Positions 19,762 to 29,676 of a DNA stretch of 64,000 nt are shown here, piece by piece. Within the stretch, counting starts at the first letter, position 1, and each line of letters opens with the position of its first letter. This DNA comes from Candidatus Poribacteria bacterium. Its GTDB lineage: Bacteria > Poribacteria > WGA-4E > PCPOR2b. The stretch spans positions 6,016,001 to 6,080,000 of the forward strand of contig OZ220744.1 of NCBI GenBank assembly GCA_965116925.1, in the 5' to 3' direction. A program made the translations under genes and the position numbers. A model generated the notes under the pieces. The model was not told the DNA's origin. It saw only the letters and a list, made by a program, of their open reading frames with translations, and ran no database searches.

Positions 19762-20307
19762 ATGCACCAAGAACTCACCTACAAACTCGCTCAATGTTGC
19801 TCACCGGAGGCGGACGAGGGCATCGTCGGGTACTTTAAGGAAGATGGCACGGTTGCTGTCCACCGGTCGGATTGCGCTTCTGTCCAGCGATTGCGCCTTG
19901 AACGGCTCCTTGAAGTGACATGGGATGAAATCCACGCAGCAGAAACGCCATCCGATATAGAAACGGAAGATCCGACATTTGATAAACTTGATGAGATGGA
20001 TTATCTTATCCTGAAGCATCATCAGGAATATGGGTTAGACTATTCGATTGTTGTCTCGGAGATGCTCGGTATACCCCTTGAGGAGATTCAGAAGCACCAT
20101 CGGAAATTACGAGAATTGGGTGGCTTGAAACGTGTGGAGAAGCGGATGATTCAGTACCGCAAGAACATTGTGAAAGGGAAGTGGATCAAACACCGCAATC
20201 ATACCTACTACGAATTGACACCCAAAGGGGATCGGTGGATACGCACGTTTGAGGCGAAAACAGAGGCAGTTTCATCGCAAAATAAGAGCGTGAAACGTGA
20301 TGCGTAA
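19762..20307 (+). CDS. RelA/SpoT-type CC zinc-finger domain fused to a DUF2250-like winged-helix domain
   Basis: LAQCCSP...IVGY...VHRSDC at N-terminus; ILKH...DYS...KHRNHTYYELT at C-terminus. Confidence 0.65.
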   Translation: MHQELTYKLAQCCSPEADEGIVGYFKEDGTVAVHRSDCASVQRLRLERLLEVTWDEIHAAETPSDIETEDPTFDKLDEMDYLILKHHQEYGLDYSIVVSEMLGIPLEEIQKHHRKLRELGGLKRVEKRMIQYRKNIVKGKWIKHRNHTYYELTPKGDRWIRTFEAKTEAVSSQNKSVKRDA

Positions 20308-20486
20308 AACGTGAAAACTATTTGGTTCATTAGTTCATTGATGAAGTTGGGTTGGGAAATCCAACCTACAGAGACGAAAAAAGACAGGGCAGAATGTAAA
20401 GAGAAACCGAGTTTTTTCTTGAAAACTCGGTTTCTGTTGCACGATTTCTTAACATAAGCCAAAGGGAATAGTCTCAGGAGAATGGA

Positions 20487-21857
20487 TTGCAACAAAACGG
20501 AGAAAGTCAGAGTGTAAAGGGAGGGGTAGCGGGCCCCGGTGGCTACCGAGAGGTCTGGTTGTTAGCATATCCGATCGTTATCACGATGCTATCACGCACG
20601 GCGATGATGTTTGTGGATTCGGCGATGGTCGGGCGTCTGGGCGCAACAGAATTAGCAGCTGTCGGACTGGCAGGGATACTGACATGGACGTTATTCTCCT
20701 TTTTTCAAGGATTTCTGGGTAGCGTCAACACCTTCGTCGCACAACGCTATGGGGCAGGAGATCGACGGGGAATCACCGTTGCAGCGTGGCAAGGGCTTTA
20801 TCTCGCACTCGGATCGTATCTCATCATACTGGTGATTAGCCTGTTTACAGTACCGGCGTTTGCCCTGATGAAGCCGTCTCTAGAGGTGCAGCGTCTGGGA
20901 GGTATCTACGCGCAAATTCGGTTATACGGCGGCATCACCGTCTTTATCTCTTTTGGGATGGCGAGTTTTCTGCGGGGCATCGGCGATACGAAAACACCGA
21001 TGCGGATTGAGATTGTCGCAAATCTGGTCAACCTCCTCCTCGACTATCTGCTAATCTTTGGAAAATTTGGGTGTCCCCGGCTTGAGGTCGTTGGTGCTGC
21101 GATTGCCACGTTGATCGCGGGTGTGGTCGCAGTAATCTGCTATTTCGCTGTTTTCCTCTCACGGAAATCGAATCAAGCGTTCCAAACCCGATCTCATTTC
21201 CGAATTGACTTGCGTGAACTCCGTCGTATTCTTCGGATAGGCTTACCGATGGGCGTTCACAATCTGATGGATATGGGAAGCTTTACGGTGTTTGTTGCCC
21301 TTGTTGGTCGAATGGGCGACATCGCGCTTGCAGCGAATAACGCCGGAGTCACTCTGATTTCGACATCGTTTATGCCGCTGTATGGAATTTCTATGGCAGC
21401 AACAACGCTGGTTGGGCATTACATCGGAGCCGGTCAGCTCCATTATGCCCGCCGGAGTGGCTACACGGCGATAAAGTTGGGAGTTGTGTACACCTTTTTC
21501 GTTGCCATTGCGTTTTTTTTAGTACCGGAGTTTCTTATCTCGCTAGTTACACCGGATGCGGAAGTTATTCGTCTCGGAACACGGGTCCTGTTTTTTGCAG
21601 CGCTTTTTCAACTCTCCGACGGGTTTGGCATCTGTGCGTCGGGTGCACTCAAGGGGGCCGGCGATACCTTTTTCACGATGTGTGTTAGCATCGGCTATGC
21701 GTGGCTGCTCTTTCTTCCGCTCGCATATAGTTTAGCATTTTTGTTGGGGTATGGAGTGCCTGGTGCGTGGTGCGGTGCAACAATCTATATCATTTTGGCG
21801 GGTATAACCTATTTTCTCCGTTTTCGCAGCAGCCGGTGGGAGCGTATTCGGATCTAA
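20487..21857 (+). CDS. MATE family efflux transporter
   Basis: LAYP, VDSAMVGRLG, RGIGDTKTPM, GAAIAT; about 12 hydrophobic segments. Confidence 0.9.
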   Translation: MQQNGESQSVKGGVAGPGGYREVWLLAYPIVITMLSRTAMMFVDSAMVGRLGATELAAVGLAGILTWTLFSFFQGFLGSVNTFVAQRYGAGDRRGITVAAWQGLYLALGSYLIILVISLFTVPAFALMKPSLEVQRLGGIYAQIRLYGGITVFISFGMASFLRGIGDTKTPMRIEIVANLVNLLLDYLLIFGKFGCPRLEVVGAAIATLIAGVVAVICYFAVFLSRKSNQAFQTRSHFRIDLRELRRILRIGLPMGVHNLMDMGSFTVFVALVGRMGDIALAANNAGVTLISTSFMPLYGISMAATTLVGHYIGAGQLHYARRSGYTAIKLGVVYTFFVAIAFFLVPEFLISLVTPDAEVIRLGTRVLFFAALFQLSDGFGICASGALKGAGDTFFTMCVSIGYAWLLFLPLAYSLAFLLGYGVPGAWCGATIYIILAGITYFLRFRSSRWERIRI

Positions 21858-22118
21858 GGATTGATCTAAGTGATATGTCTCGACAATGTTACCGCTTTTG
21901 AGTGTATCAATAGGGAAATTACATCTGTTTATTTGGGAGATTGTCAGTCGCTTTCTCCTTGCTGATTCACTTGTTCATGAGTTGATGGGTTCATTTTTTA
22001 CGTTTCACGCATCACGTTTCACGCCAAGGCAGTGCACCAAAGGACTCACAGCAACACAGGGGGTTCAATCGCTTTCACATGCGATTGCTCTCAGTGTATC
22101 AATGGGAGGGACGGACAA

Positions 22119-23321
22119 ATGCTTGGACGACATACGGAATTCAACAAAATTCGACGACGGTCAGCGATACTGGTCGCTCTGATTTTGCACCTAATTATCG
22201 GAATTGTTTACGTCTTAACTCCTCGTAACGAAGTGGTCAGAAATAAGGATCCTATCTGGGTAGAGTGGGTAAAAGAGCCGCCGAGACCTGAAGTGAAAAC
22301 AATCAAAACCAAGCCGCCGCTGAAGATGCAAGCTCGTAAGCCTGACGAGAATCTGGCTCTCAGATCGAAAGAAAAACTCCTTGAATCCTCACGCAACAAA
22401 TTGACAGAGGTTGCCCGCCGCAGCCAACGGATGGTACGCGAGAATCTCGATGTGACGACAGCACCGCTCACTGAGAAGCTGCCAGATACAATGACAGATG
22501 TGGACTTGAAGGAATCTGAAAGGTCAGATATTTCACGACCGGTTTCGCTTCGGACGGACGGCCAGGGCGAGGTGACGGGACGGGTGCGGGTGCGTGGACA
22601 ACGCAGCGGTCTTGATATGGTTGATTCGTTGGGCAGTTCAAAGGATGGGTTGATTGGGGGAGGTGGATCGCCGGGCAGGTTGAAAAAGTTGGGAAAACTA
22701 CCGAAAGACAAATTGGGTATCATTGACTTCATTGAGGAAGCGGAGGGACCCCAACAGGTTGTCTTCTGTCTTGATGTTTCCGCAAGTATGCAGGCGGCTG
22801 GACTCAGAAAACTGGAATTGGCAATCGAGGCGATCAAAGAAGCGTTGTCTTCGCTTGATGAAGATGACTCGTTCAATATCATTACCTTTGCGGCGAGTGC
22901 CAAAATGGGGAAGGGTAAGCTAGCACCGGTAACAGAGAAGAATATCGAAACGGTATCAAAATATCTGGATCGGTTCACGCCCGAACGAATCGCAAATAGT
23001 CAAGGAACGAATCTCCTCGAAGCCATTGAAAAAGCGCTTGAGGTAGATCCATCAATTATTGTGTTGGTCACCGACGGTTTACCCACAACAGGTAATAATG
23101 AAAATATTGAAGTAGATTCGGCAACAATTCTGGAAGCCGTCAAAGCGAAAAATGTTAATAATGCAAGCATCTATATCGTTGCGCTTGAGATAGATCTGAA
23201 GCATTCGCCCGGTGCGGGTCTCCTTATCGATCTGGTTGAACAAAACAGTGGAGAGATAAAAGTCGTCGATTATAAGCAGCTCGTGCAGCTTGCAACGGAG
23301 GACTTGGAAGCGCAGAATTGA
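22119..23321 (+). CDS. Membrane-anchored vWA domain protein
   Basis: N-terminal SAILVALILHL anchor; DVSASM MIDAS, GTNL, VTDG; start placed at ATG 22119. Confidence 0.75.
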   Translation: MLGRHTEFNKIRRRSAILVALILHLIIGIVYVLTPRNEVVRNKDPIWVEWVKEPPRPEVKTIKTKPPLKMQARKPDENLALRSKEKLLESSRNKLTEVARRSQRMVRENLDVTTAPLTEKLPDTMTDVDLKESERSDISRPVSLRTDGQGEVTGRVRVRGQRSGLDMVDSLGSSKDGLIGGGGSPGRLKKLGKLPKDKLGIIDFIEEAEGPQQVVFCLDVSASMQAAGLRKLELAIEAIKEALSSLDEDDSFNIITFAASAKMGKGKLAPVTEKNIETVSKYLDRFTPERIANSQGTNLLEAIEKALEVDPSIIVLVTDGLPTTGNNENIEVDSATILEAVKAKNVNNASIYIVALEIDLKHSPGAGLLIDLVEQNSGEIKVVDYKQLVQLATEDLEAQN

Positions 23322-23476
23322 TGACGGTCTGGGAAAAGTAGTAGGCATACTCCGTATGCCGTAACCCTTGTACAAATAAGGGCCCGTTTCTTAATCCCGA
23401 TTTATCGGGGTTGTCTAGGTTCTGTTGACATTTCATCGCAATCAGATAATCAAGAGGGCACACAAACACATAACCC

Positions 23477-23593
23477 TTCGTAGGGGTTGGGTTTCCCAAC
23501 CCTATGTTCACACATTTCGTAGGGGTTGGGTCTCCCAACCCTTTGTTCACACATTTCGTAGGGGTTGGGTCTCCCAACCCTCTGTTCACACAT
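23477..23593. repeat. 3 x 39-bp tandem repeat containing a GTAG-REP-like hairpin
   Basis: TTCGTAGGGGTTGGGTYTCCCAACCCTNTGTTCACACAT at 23477, 23516 and 23555. Confidence 0.9.
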
Positions 23594-23886
23594 TTAGAGA
23601 TAGCTTCGGATTTCTGTAGGTTGATTTTCCAAAATCGACACCCCTAGCACATCGTGCGCTAGTTTTGGCTCAATCACCCCGGCTTGTCGCACGTCGCTGG
23701 ATATTCTGTCGAGAAATGAATCTCGACCTACAATCTATTCTTGTACCCCGATCTGTTAGATTGTGATACGAGCTTGCAAACTAACAGTTCGCGCTACATT
23801 TGGCAGATTGCCTGGTGATTACAGCGTCTGCTGAATGAGCAGTTTCAAAATGTCAACACGCCCTAGCGACTTGAGTTAAAATGTGG

Positions 23887-23915
23887 TTGACAGTCCATTC
23901 GGGCGTCCATATAAT
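23887..23915 (+). promoter_or_regulatory. Sigma70 consensus promoter
   Basis: TTGACA-17 nt-TATAAT, upstream of the BMP gene. Confidence 0.75.
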
Positions 23916-23978
23916 TTCAATCAATTTAGGTTGGGTAGCGGCCAACGAACGTTATCCTGTACACAGACAATTTTCGTG

Positions 23979-24070
23979 GGCTTATATAAAAAGAAAGTGC
24001 AAAGCGCGAAGAGAAACCGAGTTTTTTCGGCAAAACTTGGTTTCTGCTGCACGATTTCTTTACATGAGCC
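23979..24070. mobile_element. MITE-like palindromic element, family A (near full length)
   Basis: Ends GGCTTATATA/TACATGAGCC; core AGAAACCGAG-loop-CTTGGTTTCT; other copies at 1-30, 2525-2558, 7751-7783, 20402-20460, 28579-28647, 31495-31528, 37551-37663, 58046-58132, 60056-60146. Confidence 0.75.
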
Positions 24071-24099
24071 TTTTCGTGAATTCTACATGAGGTGTTTTT

Positions 24100-25089
24100 A
24101 TGAATAAAAGCAGTTGGATTCTTTTTAGTTTATTGGTGTTGTCCTTTGGATTTACTATCGGCACAGCCGACGCAGCGAAATTCAAGGTTGCCTTATTGAC
24201 CCCTGGTTCAATTAGCGATGCCGGATGGAATGCGTTAGCTTATGAAGGACTCAAGCGTATTGAAAAGGAGCTGGGAGCCGAGGTCAGCCATGTCGAAAGC
24301 AAAGCCCCATCGCAGTGGGAGGAACATTTCCGATTCTATGCAAGCAAGGGATTCGGTCTGGTTTTCGGGCACGGATTTGAGTATCAAGAGGCAGCAAAAT
24401 CTGTCGCGCCCGATTTTCCGGATACGGTGTTTATCACAACCTCCGGAAATACTGTTTTGGATAATGTGGCGTCAATTGTGTTTGAGCTTGAGGAGGTAAC
24501 ATATCTGCTGGGGGTCATTGCCGGCACGATGACCCAAACGGGCAAGATAGGGCTTATCGGTGGTATGAATATCCCACCGATTAACAGCACCTTTCACGCC
24601 CTCGAAGAAGGGGCGAAATCTGTCAATCCAGATATCAAAATATCGACTTCTTACGTCGGAGATTGGGAGAACATCGGGAAAGCGAAAGAGTTGGCGTTAT
24701 CGCAAATTACAGAGGGAGTTGATTTCATCTTCCACAATGCGGATGCTGCCGGTCGTGGGGTTTTTCATGCTGTCGAAGAGAGCCGCAAAGCGGGGAAGGA
24801 CGTTTACGCTTTCGGTTCAAATCTGGATCAGAACGATATTGCTCCCGATGCAATACTTGCGAGTGCTGTCATTGATACCAAAGCCTTTGTATACGCCGCC
24901 GACTTGGTTCAGACGGGCAAATTTGAACCACGAGTGATGTGGATGGGGATGTCGCTGAATGAGACTGTGAAGTTGGTTTATAACCCCAAACTGAAGGATC
25001 GGGTTCCTGAAGATCTCCGCGCCAAAGTTGAGAAAATTCGTCAGGATATTCTCGCCGGTAAGTTTAAGGCACCTCGCGTAAAATTTTAG
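24100..25089 (+). CDS. BMP family ABC transporter substrate-binding protein (nucleoside-type)
   Basis: Signal peptide; SISDAGWN, GHGFEY, YVGDW, FGSNLDQ. Confidence 0.88.
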   Translation: MNKSSWILFSLLVLSFGFTIGTADAAKFKVALLTPGSISDAGWNALAYEGLKRIEKELGAEVSHVESKAPSQWEEHFRFYASKGFGLVFGHGFEYQEAAKSVAPDFPDTVFITTSGNTVLDNVASIVFELEEVTYLLGVIAGTMTQTGKIGLIGGMNIPPINSTFHALEEGAKSVNPDIKISTSYVGDWENIGKAKELALSQITEGVDFIFHNADAAGRGVFHAVEESRKAGKDVYAFGSNLDQNDIAPDAILASAVIDTKAFVYAADLVQTGKFEPRVMWMGMSLNETVKLVYNPKLKDRVPEDLRAKVEKIRQDILAGKFKAPRVKF

Positions 25090-25115
25090 AAGCTGATTCT
25101 GCAATGAGCTGAACT

Positions 25116-26228
25116 ATGAAAATTACCGAAATTGAAGCCTTACATCTGCGCTTGCCTGTTGTTCAAGAGGTCGCCGACGGTACCCAAGACTGTCTCATTG
25201 TGCGGGTGCACACCGACGCCGGACTCACCGGGTTAGGGGAGGTGGTCTCCTGCTCGTATGTCGCCCGGGCGGTTATTGAGGCACCGCGCTCCGCACCTTT
25301 TCGGCATGGGTTGGCTTCCATCGTCAAGGGCATGGACGTGGAGGATATAGACGCCGTGTCACGGGCAATGATCGAAGGCACAGCTTGGTACGGCCCCGGT
25401 GGCGTTACCCGCCAGGCAATGAGTGGGATCGATATGGCACTGTGGGATCTCCGTGGTAAAGCGATGGGGGTGCCCGTCCGTGCGTTACTCAGCGAGACCC
25501 CGGTTGACGCAATACCGTGTTATGCTAGTGTTCTCTGGCCCGACCGTCCAGAGTTGATGGCAGCGTCTGCACAGGAATTCTTGGAACAAGAGTACCGGGC
25601 GGTGAAATATGGTTGGGCACCGATGGGACCAGACCCGGACCTAGACGAGGCGTTGGTTGCCGCCGCACGCGACGCGCTGGGCCCTGAAATAGACCTGATG
25701 GTAGATGCTGGCCGCGCTTGGGATGTAGGAACAGCACTGGAGCGTGTTGAGCGGTTTCAGAAATACAATGTTTTCTGGCTTGAAGAGCCGTTGAACCCTT
25801 ATGACACGGTAGGGTACAAGACCCTCTCCGAATCATCGTCAATACCGATTGCTGCCGGCGAGGCGGTGACGTTAATTGAGGAGTACAAGACCTTGCTCAT
25901 AGATGGCGGAATACAGGTGGTTCAGCCCGATCTGGGGCGAGTTGGAGGTATTACAGGGGGAAAACAGATTGCCACTCTGGCACAAGATACCGGTGCGTGG
26001 GTCGTTCCTCATGCCTTTGGGACCGGTGTCCTACTCGCTGCTTCTGCCCAATGGGCTGCCTCTTCCGAAAAGCCGATGACCGAATTTACGCGCGCGCCGT
26101 CTCCGCTGGCGCAAGACCTAGTTAATCACAGCATGAGTTTCCACGACGGGGAATTGCACCTAACTGATGCCCCGGGGTTGGGCGTGGAATTAGATGCGAA
26201 GGTGGTAGAAGCATATCGGGTGAGCTAG
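25116..26228 (+). CDS. Mandelate racemase/muconate lactonizing enzyme family
   Basis: GIDMALWDL, MVDAG, WLEEP, AGE, QPD, PGLG. Confidence 0.9.
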   Translation: MKITEIEALHLRLPVVQEVADGTQDCLIVRVHTDAGLTGLGEVVSCSYVARAVIEAPRSAPFRHGLASIVKGMDVEDIDAVSRAMIEGTAWYGPGGVTRQAMSGIDMALWDLRGKAMGVPVRALLSETPVDAIPCYASVLWPDRPELMAASAQEFLEQEYRAVKYGWAPMGPDPDLDEALVAAARDALGPEIDLMVDAGRAWDVGTALERVERFQKYNVFWLEEPLNPYDTVGYKTLSESSSIPIAAGEAVTLIEEYKTLLIDGGIQVVQPDLGRVGGITGGKQIATLAQDTGAWVVPHAFGTGVLLAASAQWAASSEKPMTEFTRAPSPLAQDLVNHSMSFHDGELHLTDAPGLGVELDAKVVEAYRVS

Positions 26229-26296
26229 AGCATCGCAGCAGAAGCGATATTTGCGCCGAGCGTTACTCGGACACTAAATAAAAGGAAATTCATCCA

Positions 26297-27838
26297 TTGG
26301 CATCACTCGCACTTGAACTGCACGGCATCACGAAAGCGTTTGGGAACAATCTCGCTGTAGATGGCGTGGACTTCGCATTAGAACAGGGGGAGATTCACAC
26401 TTTACTCGGTGAAAACGGGGCGGGTAAGTCCACGTTGATGAACCTGATCTACGGCTTGTATCAGCCTGATGCTGGGGAGATTCTGATAGACGGGAAATCG
26501 AGCCTTGTCGATTCCCCAAAGACGGCAATTACCTTGGGGTTAGGCATGGTGCATCAGCACTTTATGCTTGTGCCTTCGTTGAGTGTGGCTGAAAATATTG
26601 CCCTCACTTCTGAACGTGGCAAATTCCAGTTTCGGCGAAAAGCAGCAGAGGAGAATGTCCAGCATCTTTCTACCCGTTACGGTTTGTCCATCTCACCACA
26701 GATGAAGGTCTGGGAGCTTTCGGTCGGGCTTCAGCAGCGGGTTGAAATTCTCAAGGCACTTTCAGCGGATGCCCGAATTCTCATCCTTGATGAACCGACC
26801 GCGGTTCTATCCCCACAAGAGATCTCAGAACTGTTCGCCATCCTGCGTCGGCTCAAGTCTGATGGTCATTCCATTATCTTCATTAGTCATAAGTTGAAGG
26901 AGGTAATGGAAATCAGCGATCGGATTACTGTATTACGTAATGGCAGGCGTGTTGCGACGACGGCGGTCGGTGACACCTCTCCTACCCATTTAGCAGAACA
27001 GATGGTCGGGCATGAGTTCCCAGAAATTCAGCGAAGCGCCCAATCCCATGGTCCTCCAATCCTTGAAATCCGCAATTTAACCGTTACAGACCATGATGGT
27101 CGTCGGGTCGTTGATGGTCCCTCATTTGATATTTGCGCCGGTGAAATTGTGGGGATCGCTGGTATTGATGGCAATGGACAGATCGAGATTGCCGAGACGA
27201 TTGTTGGACTCCGCAGGTCTCAGAGCGGTTCTGTCCGTTTTAAGGGGGAAGCAATCACCAACCTTCCGACGAGCAAAAGTCGCCAGTTGGGATATGGCTA
27301 TATCCCCGAAGATCGACAGAACGCCGGACTTATCCTGAGTTTCACGATCGCGGAGAATCTGATTCTCAATGTGCATCGGCTTAAGGGGTATCGGTCAAAA
27401 CTTTTGAAGGATTGGGGGGCGTTTTTAGATCTTAAACGGATTGACGCTGATAGCGAGGAACTCATCCAAAGCTATGATGTGCGGACGACCCACACCCAGG
27501 CACCGGCGGGATCGTTATCTGGGGGAAATCAGCAGAAGGTTGTTATCGCGCGGGAACTCTCGCAGGAGCCAGAACTGTTGATAGCTGTCAATCCGACCCG
27601 CGGGTTAGACATCGGTGCCGCTGACTACACACATCAGCAGTTTTTGGAACAACGTCGGAAGCAACGAGCTGTTTTACTGATTTCGACAGAACTTGACGAG
27701 GTCTTAGCACTGAGTGACCGAATCTTTGTCATGTATAGAGGTGGATTGACTGAGGTGACCGAGTTTCGGGATGACCTATCTAGGATCGGTTTGTTGATGA
27801 CAGGGAATTGGCAAAGTGAATTGGAGCAAGCGAGTTAA
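26297..27838 (+). CDS. ABC transporter ATP-binding protein (double-domain, nucleoside/sugar type)
   Basis: GENGAGKST, HQHF, LDEPT, LSGGNQQK. Confidence 0.92.
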   Translation: MASLALELHGITKAFGNNLAVDGVDFALEQGEIHTLLGENGAGKSTLMNLIYGLYQPDAGEILIDGKSSLVDSPKTAITLGLGMVHQHFMLVPSLSVAENIALTSERGKFQFRRKAAEENVQHLSTRYGLSISPQMKVWELSVGLQQRVEILKALSADARILILDEPTAVLSPQEISELFAILRRLKSDGHSIIFISHKLKEVMEISDRITVLRNGRRVATTAVGDTSPTHLAEQMVGHEFPEIQRSAQSHGPPILEIRNLTVTDHDGRRVVDGPSFDICAGEIVGIAGIDGNGQIEIAETIVGLRRSQSGSVRFKGEAITNLPTSKSRQLGYGYIPEDRQNAGLILSFTIAENLILNVHRLKGYRSKLLKDWGAFLDLKRIDADSEELIQSYDVRTTHTQAPAGSLSGGNQQKVVIARELSQEPELLIAVNPTRGLDIGAADYTHQQFLEQRRKQRAVLLISTELDEVLALSDRIFVMYRGGLTEVTEFRDDLSRIGLLMTGNWQSELEQAS

Positions 27839-27854
27839 TAGGAGAAATACCTAA

Positions 27855-28517
27855 ATGTTGCTAACACAGAAGGTAGCTAGTGAAAACATAGAAATGCGAG
27901 CATTTGGATGGGCGTTACGGTTGACCGCATTTACGATCGGCTATAATTTCTTAGAAGGGACAGTGTCAACCTTGCTAGGATTTCAAGACGAAACGCTCGC
28001 TCTTTTCGGTTTCGGGGTCGATAGCTTTATTGAGGTAATCTCAGCAATCGGTATCGCCCACATGATTACACGCATCCGCCGTTTTCCAGATGTATCAAGG
28101 GATAGATTTGAAATCACGGCGCTGCGTATTACGGGAACCTGTTTTTATCTCCTAACGGTGGGTCTTGTTGTTACCGCAATGCTCAATATCGTTCAAGGTC
28201 ATCAACCTGAAACGACCTTCTGGGGGATTATCATTGCAGTAACTTCAATTATTACGATGTGGATTCTAATCGTTTTGAAGATGAAGGTTGGAAAACAGTT
28301 AGATTCCCAACCTATCATTGCTGATGCGAAGTGCACGAAAGTATGTCTTTATATGTCGTTTGTCCTATTAGCGTCAAGTCTCATCTACGAACTGACGCAC
28401 GTAGGCTACTTAGATAGTATAGCTGCTTTGGGAATTGCCTATTTTTCAGCAAGGGAAGGAAAAGAGGCATTTGAAAAGGCACAAGGTAAAGCCTCATGCT
28501 GTGATTGTGAAGAATAG
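27855..28517 (+). CDS. Cation efflux (CDF-like) membrane protein lacking the C-terminal domain
   Basis: About 6 TM segments; GFGVDSFIE, ADA; C-terminal CCDC. Confidence 0.7.
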   Translation: MLLTQKVASENIEMRAFGWALRLTAFTIGYNFLEGTVSTLLGFQDETLALFGFGVDSFIEVISAIGIAHMITRIRRFPDVSRDRFEITALRITGTCFYLLTVGLVVTAMLNIVQGHQPETTFWGIIIAVTSIITMWILIVLKMKVGKQLDSQPIIADAKCTKVCLYMSFVLLASSLIYELTHVGYLDSIAALGIAYFSAREGKEAFEKAQGKASCCDCEE

Positions 28518-28672
28518 AACTTATGCAGCACGTTCATAAGTCCCCCTGATAAGGGGGATTTAGGGGGTTAAAAATCAAGGTTCATATAAAAAGAGAGCGC
28601 GAAGCTAAACCGAGTTTTTTCTTCAAAACTCGGTTTCTGTTACACGACTGAAGTACGTGGATCCTATCCAGA

Positions 28673-29659
28673 TCAAGCCTCCTTGTCTGTCAGGAATCGA
28701 CGGAACCATTCGACCATCCGCTCAAAGTATTCGGGGAGAAAGCGATGGTTGCCGTTTGGCTGATAGACTTTGAATCGTTCCGGATGTCCCGATAATCCGT
28801 AGGCCGGCTCCACAACCTGAATCAGTTCATCTACTCCCTCGCAGGGCATATCCTCGTCCTGTGTGGGTGCGACCATCATGAATGGACGCGGTGGTATACA
28901 CGCAGCGACAACCTCCGGATGGTCAAAGTAGCGGAGCATGTGCGGGATGAAGAAGTAGGCACTATGGCGTTCGATGTCTCCTTTGTGGATAAGGCTTGCC
29001 ATACGTCCCAGACCACCGCATATTGGCGCACCCGCTCGAATCCACGGTGCAGCTGCCATCGCGTACCACGTCGCATTCCCGCCGAGCGACATACCCGTAA
29101 TCCCGATGTTATCAGAATTGACCGCGTCGCTTGCTGCAAGGATGCGCGCTGCCCTCAGCGTTTCTTCGACAAGGATTCCCATCTGTGGACGACCATAGGG
29201 GGTGAGGAGTTTGCCTTCAAGATTCCACTGTTCTATGCTAGGGCGTCGGGTGACGCTCCCTTTAGGTGAAATCGCTAGTGTTGCGAAGCCACGTCGTGCC
29301 AGTTCACGTGCCCAACCGATCAACATACCGGGTGGGTCTTCCTCCAGAAAAAACTGCTGATATGCAATCTTTTCGGCGGAGCCGCCTGTTCCGGGTACAC
29401 AAACGACACCGGGCAGTTTTTGACTCGACGCCTTGAGCGGGATCATGAGAATCCCCGGAACTGTTTCGCCGAGCGAGTTTGCGTAGGTCAGTTGGGTAAC
29501 GCGGATACCCTCCTCAGCCTGCGTTCCTCCTACCGTGAAATCAACCTTTGTGGGAATCTCGTCCAACCCCAGCAGCTCTAGTAGTTTTGAGCGCACTGCG
29601 TCTTTTGGAACATCTACCGGGAACGCCGGTCGGATGTCCTTTGGAATAACGTTAGACAT
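28673..29659 (-). CDS. Alpha/beta hydrolase (dienelactone hydrolase-like)
   Basis: GMSLGG nucleophile elbow; C-terminal Asp and GNH. Confidence 0.8.
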   Translation of the reverse strand: MSNVIPKDIRPAFPVDVPKDAVRSKLLELLGLDEIPTKVDFTVGGTQAEEGIRVTQLTYANSLGETVPGILMIPLKASSQKLPGVVCVPGTGGSAEKIAYQQFFLEEDPPGMLIGWARELARRGFATLAISPKGSVTRRPSIEQWNLEGKLLTPYGRPQMGILVEETLRAARILAASDAVNSDNIGITGMSLGGNATWYAMAAAPWIRAGAPICGGLGRMASLIHKGDIERHSAYFFIPHMLRYFDHPEVVAACIPPRPFMMVAPTQDEDMPCEGVDELIQVVEPAYGLSGHPERFKVYQPNGNHRFLPEYFERMVEWFRRFLTDKEA

Positions 29660-29676
29660 TCACCCTCTCCGATCTC

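Noticed and set aside
22208..22978. Long antisense ORF (256 aa) and similar shadow ORFs
   Set aside because: They fully overlap well-supported genes on the other strand and have no recognisable motifs
23477..23593. Possible CRISPR array
   Set aside because: Units are head-to-tail with no unique spacers, and no cas genes are present
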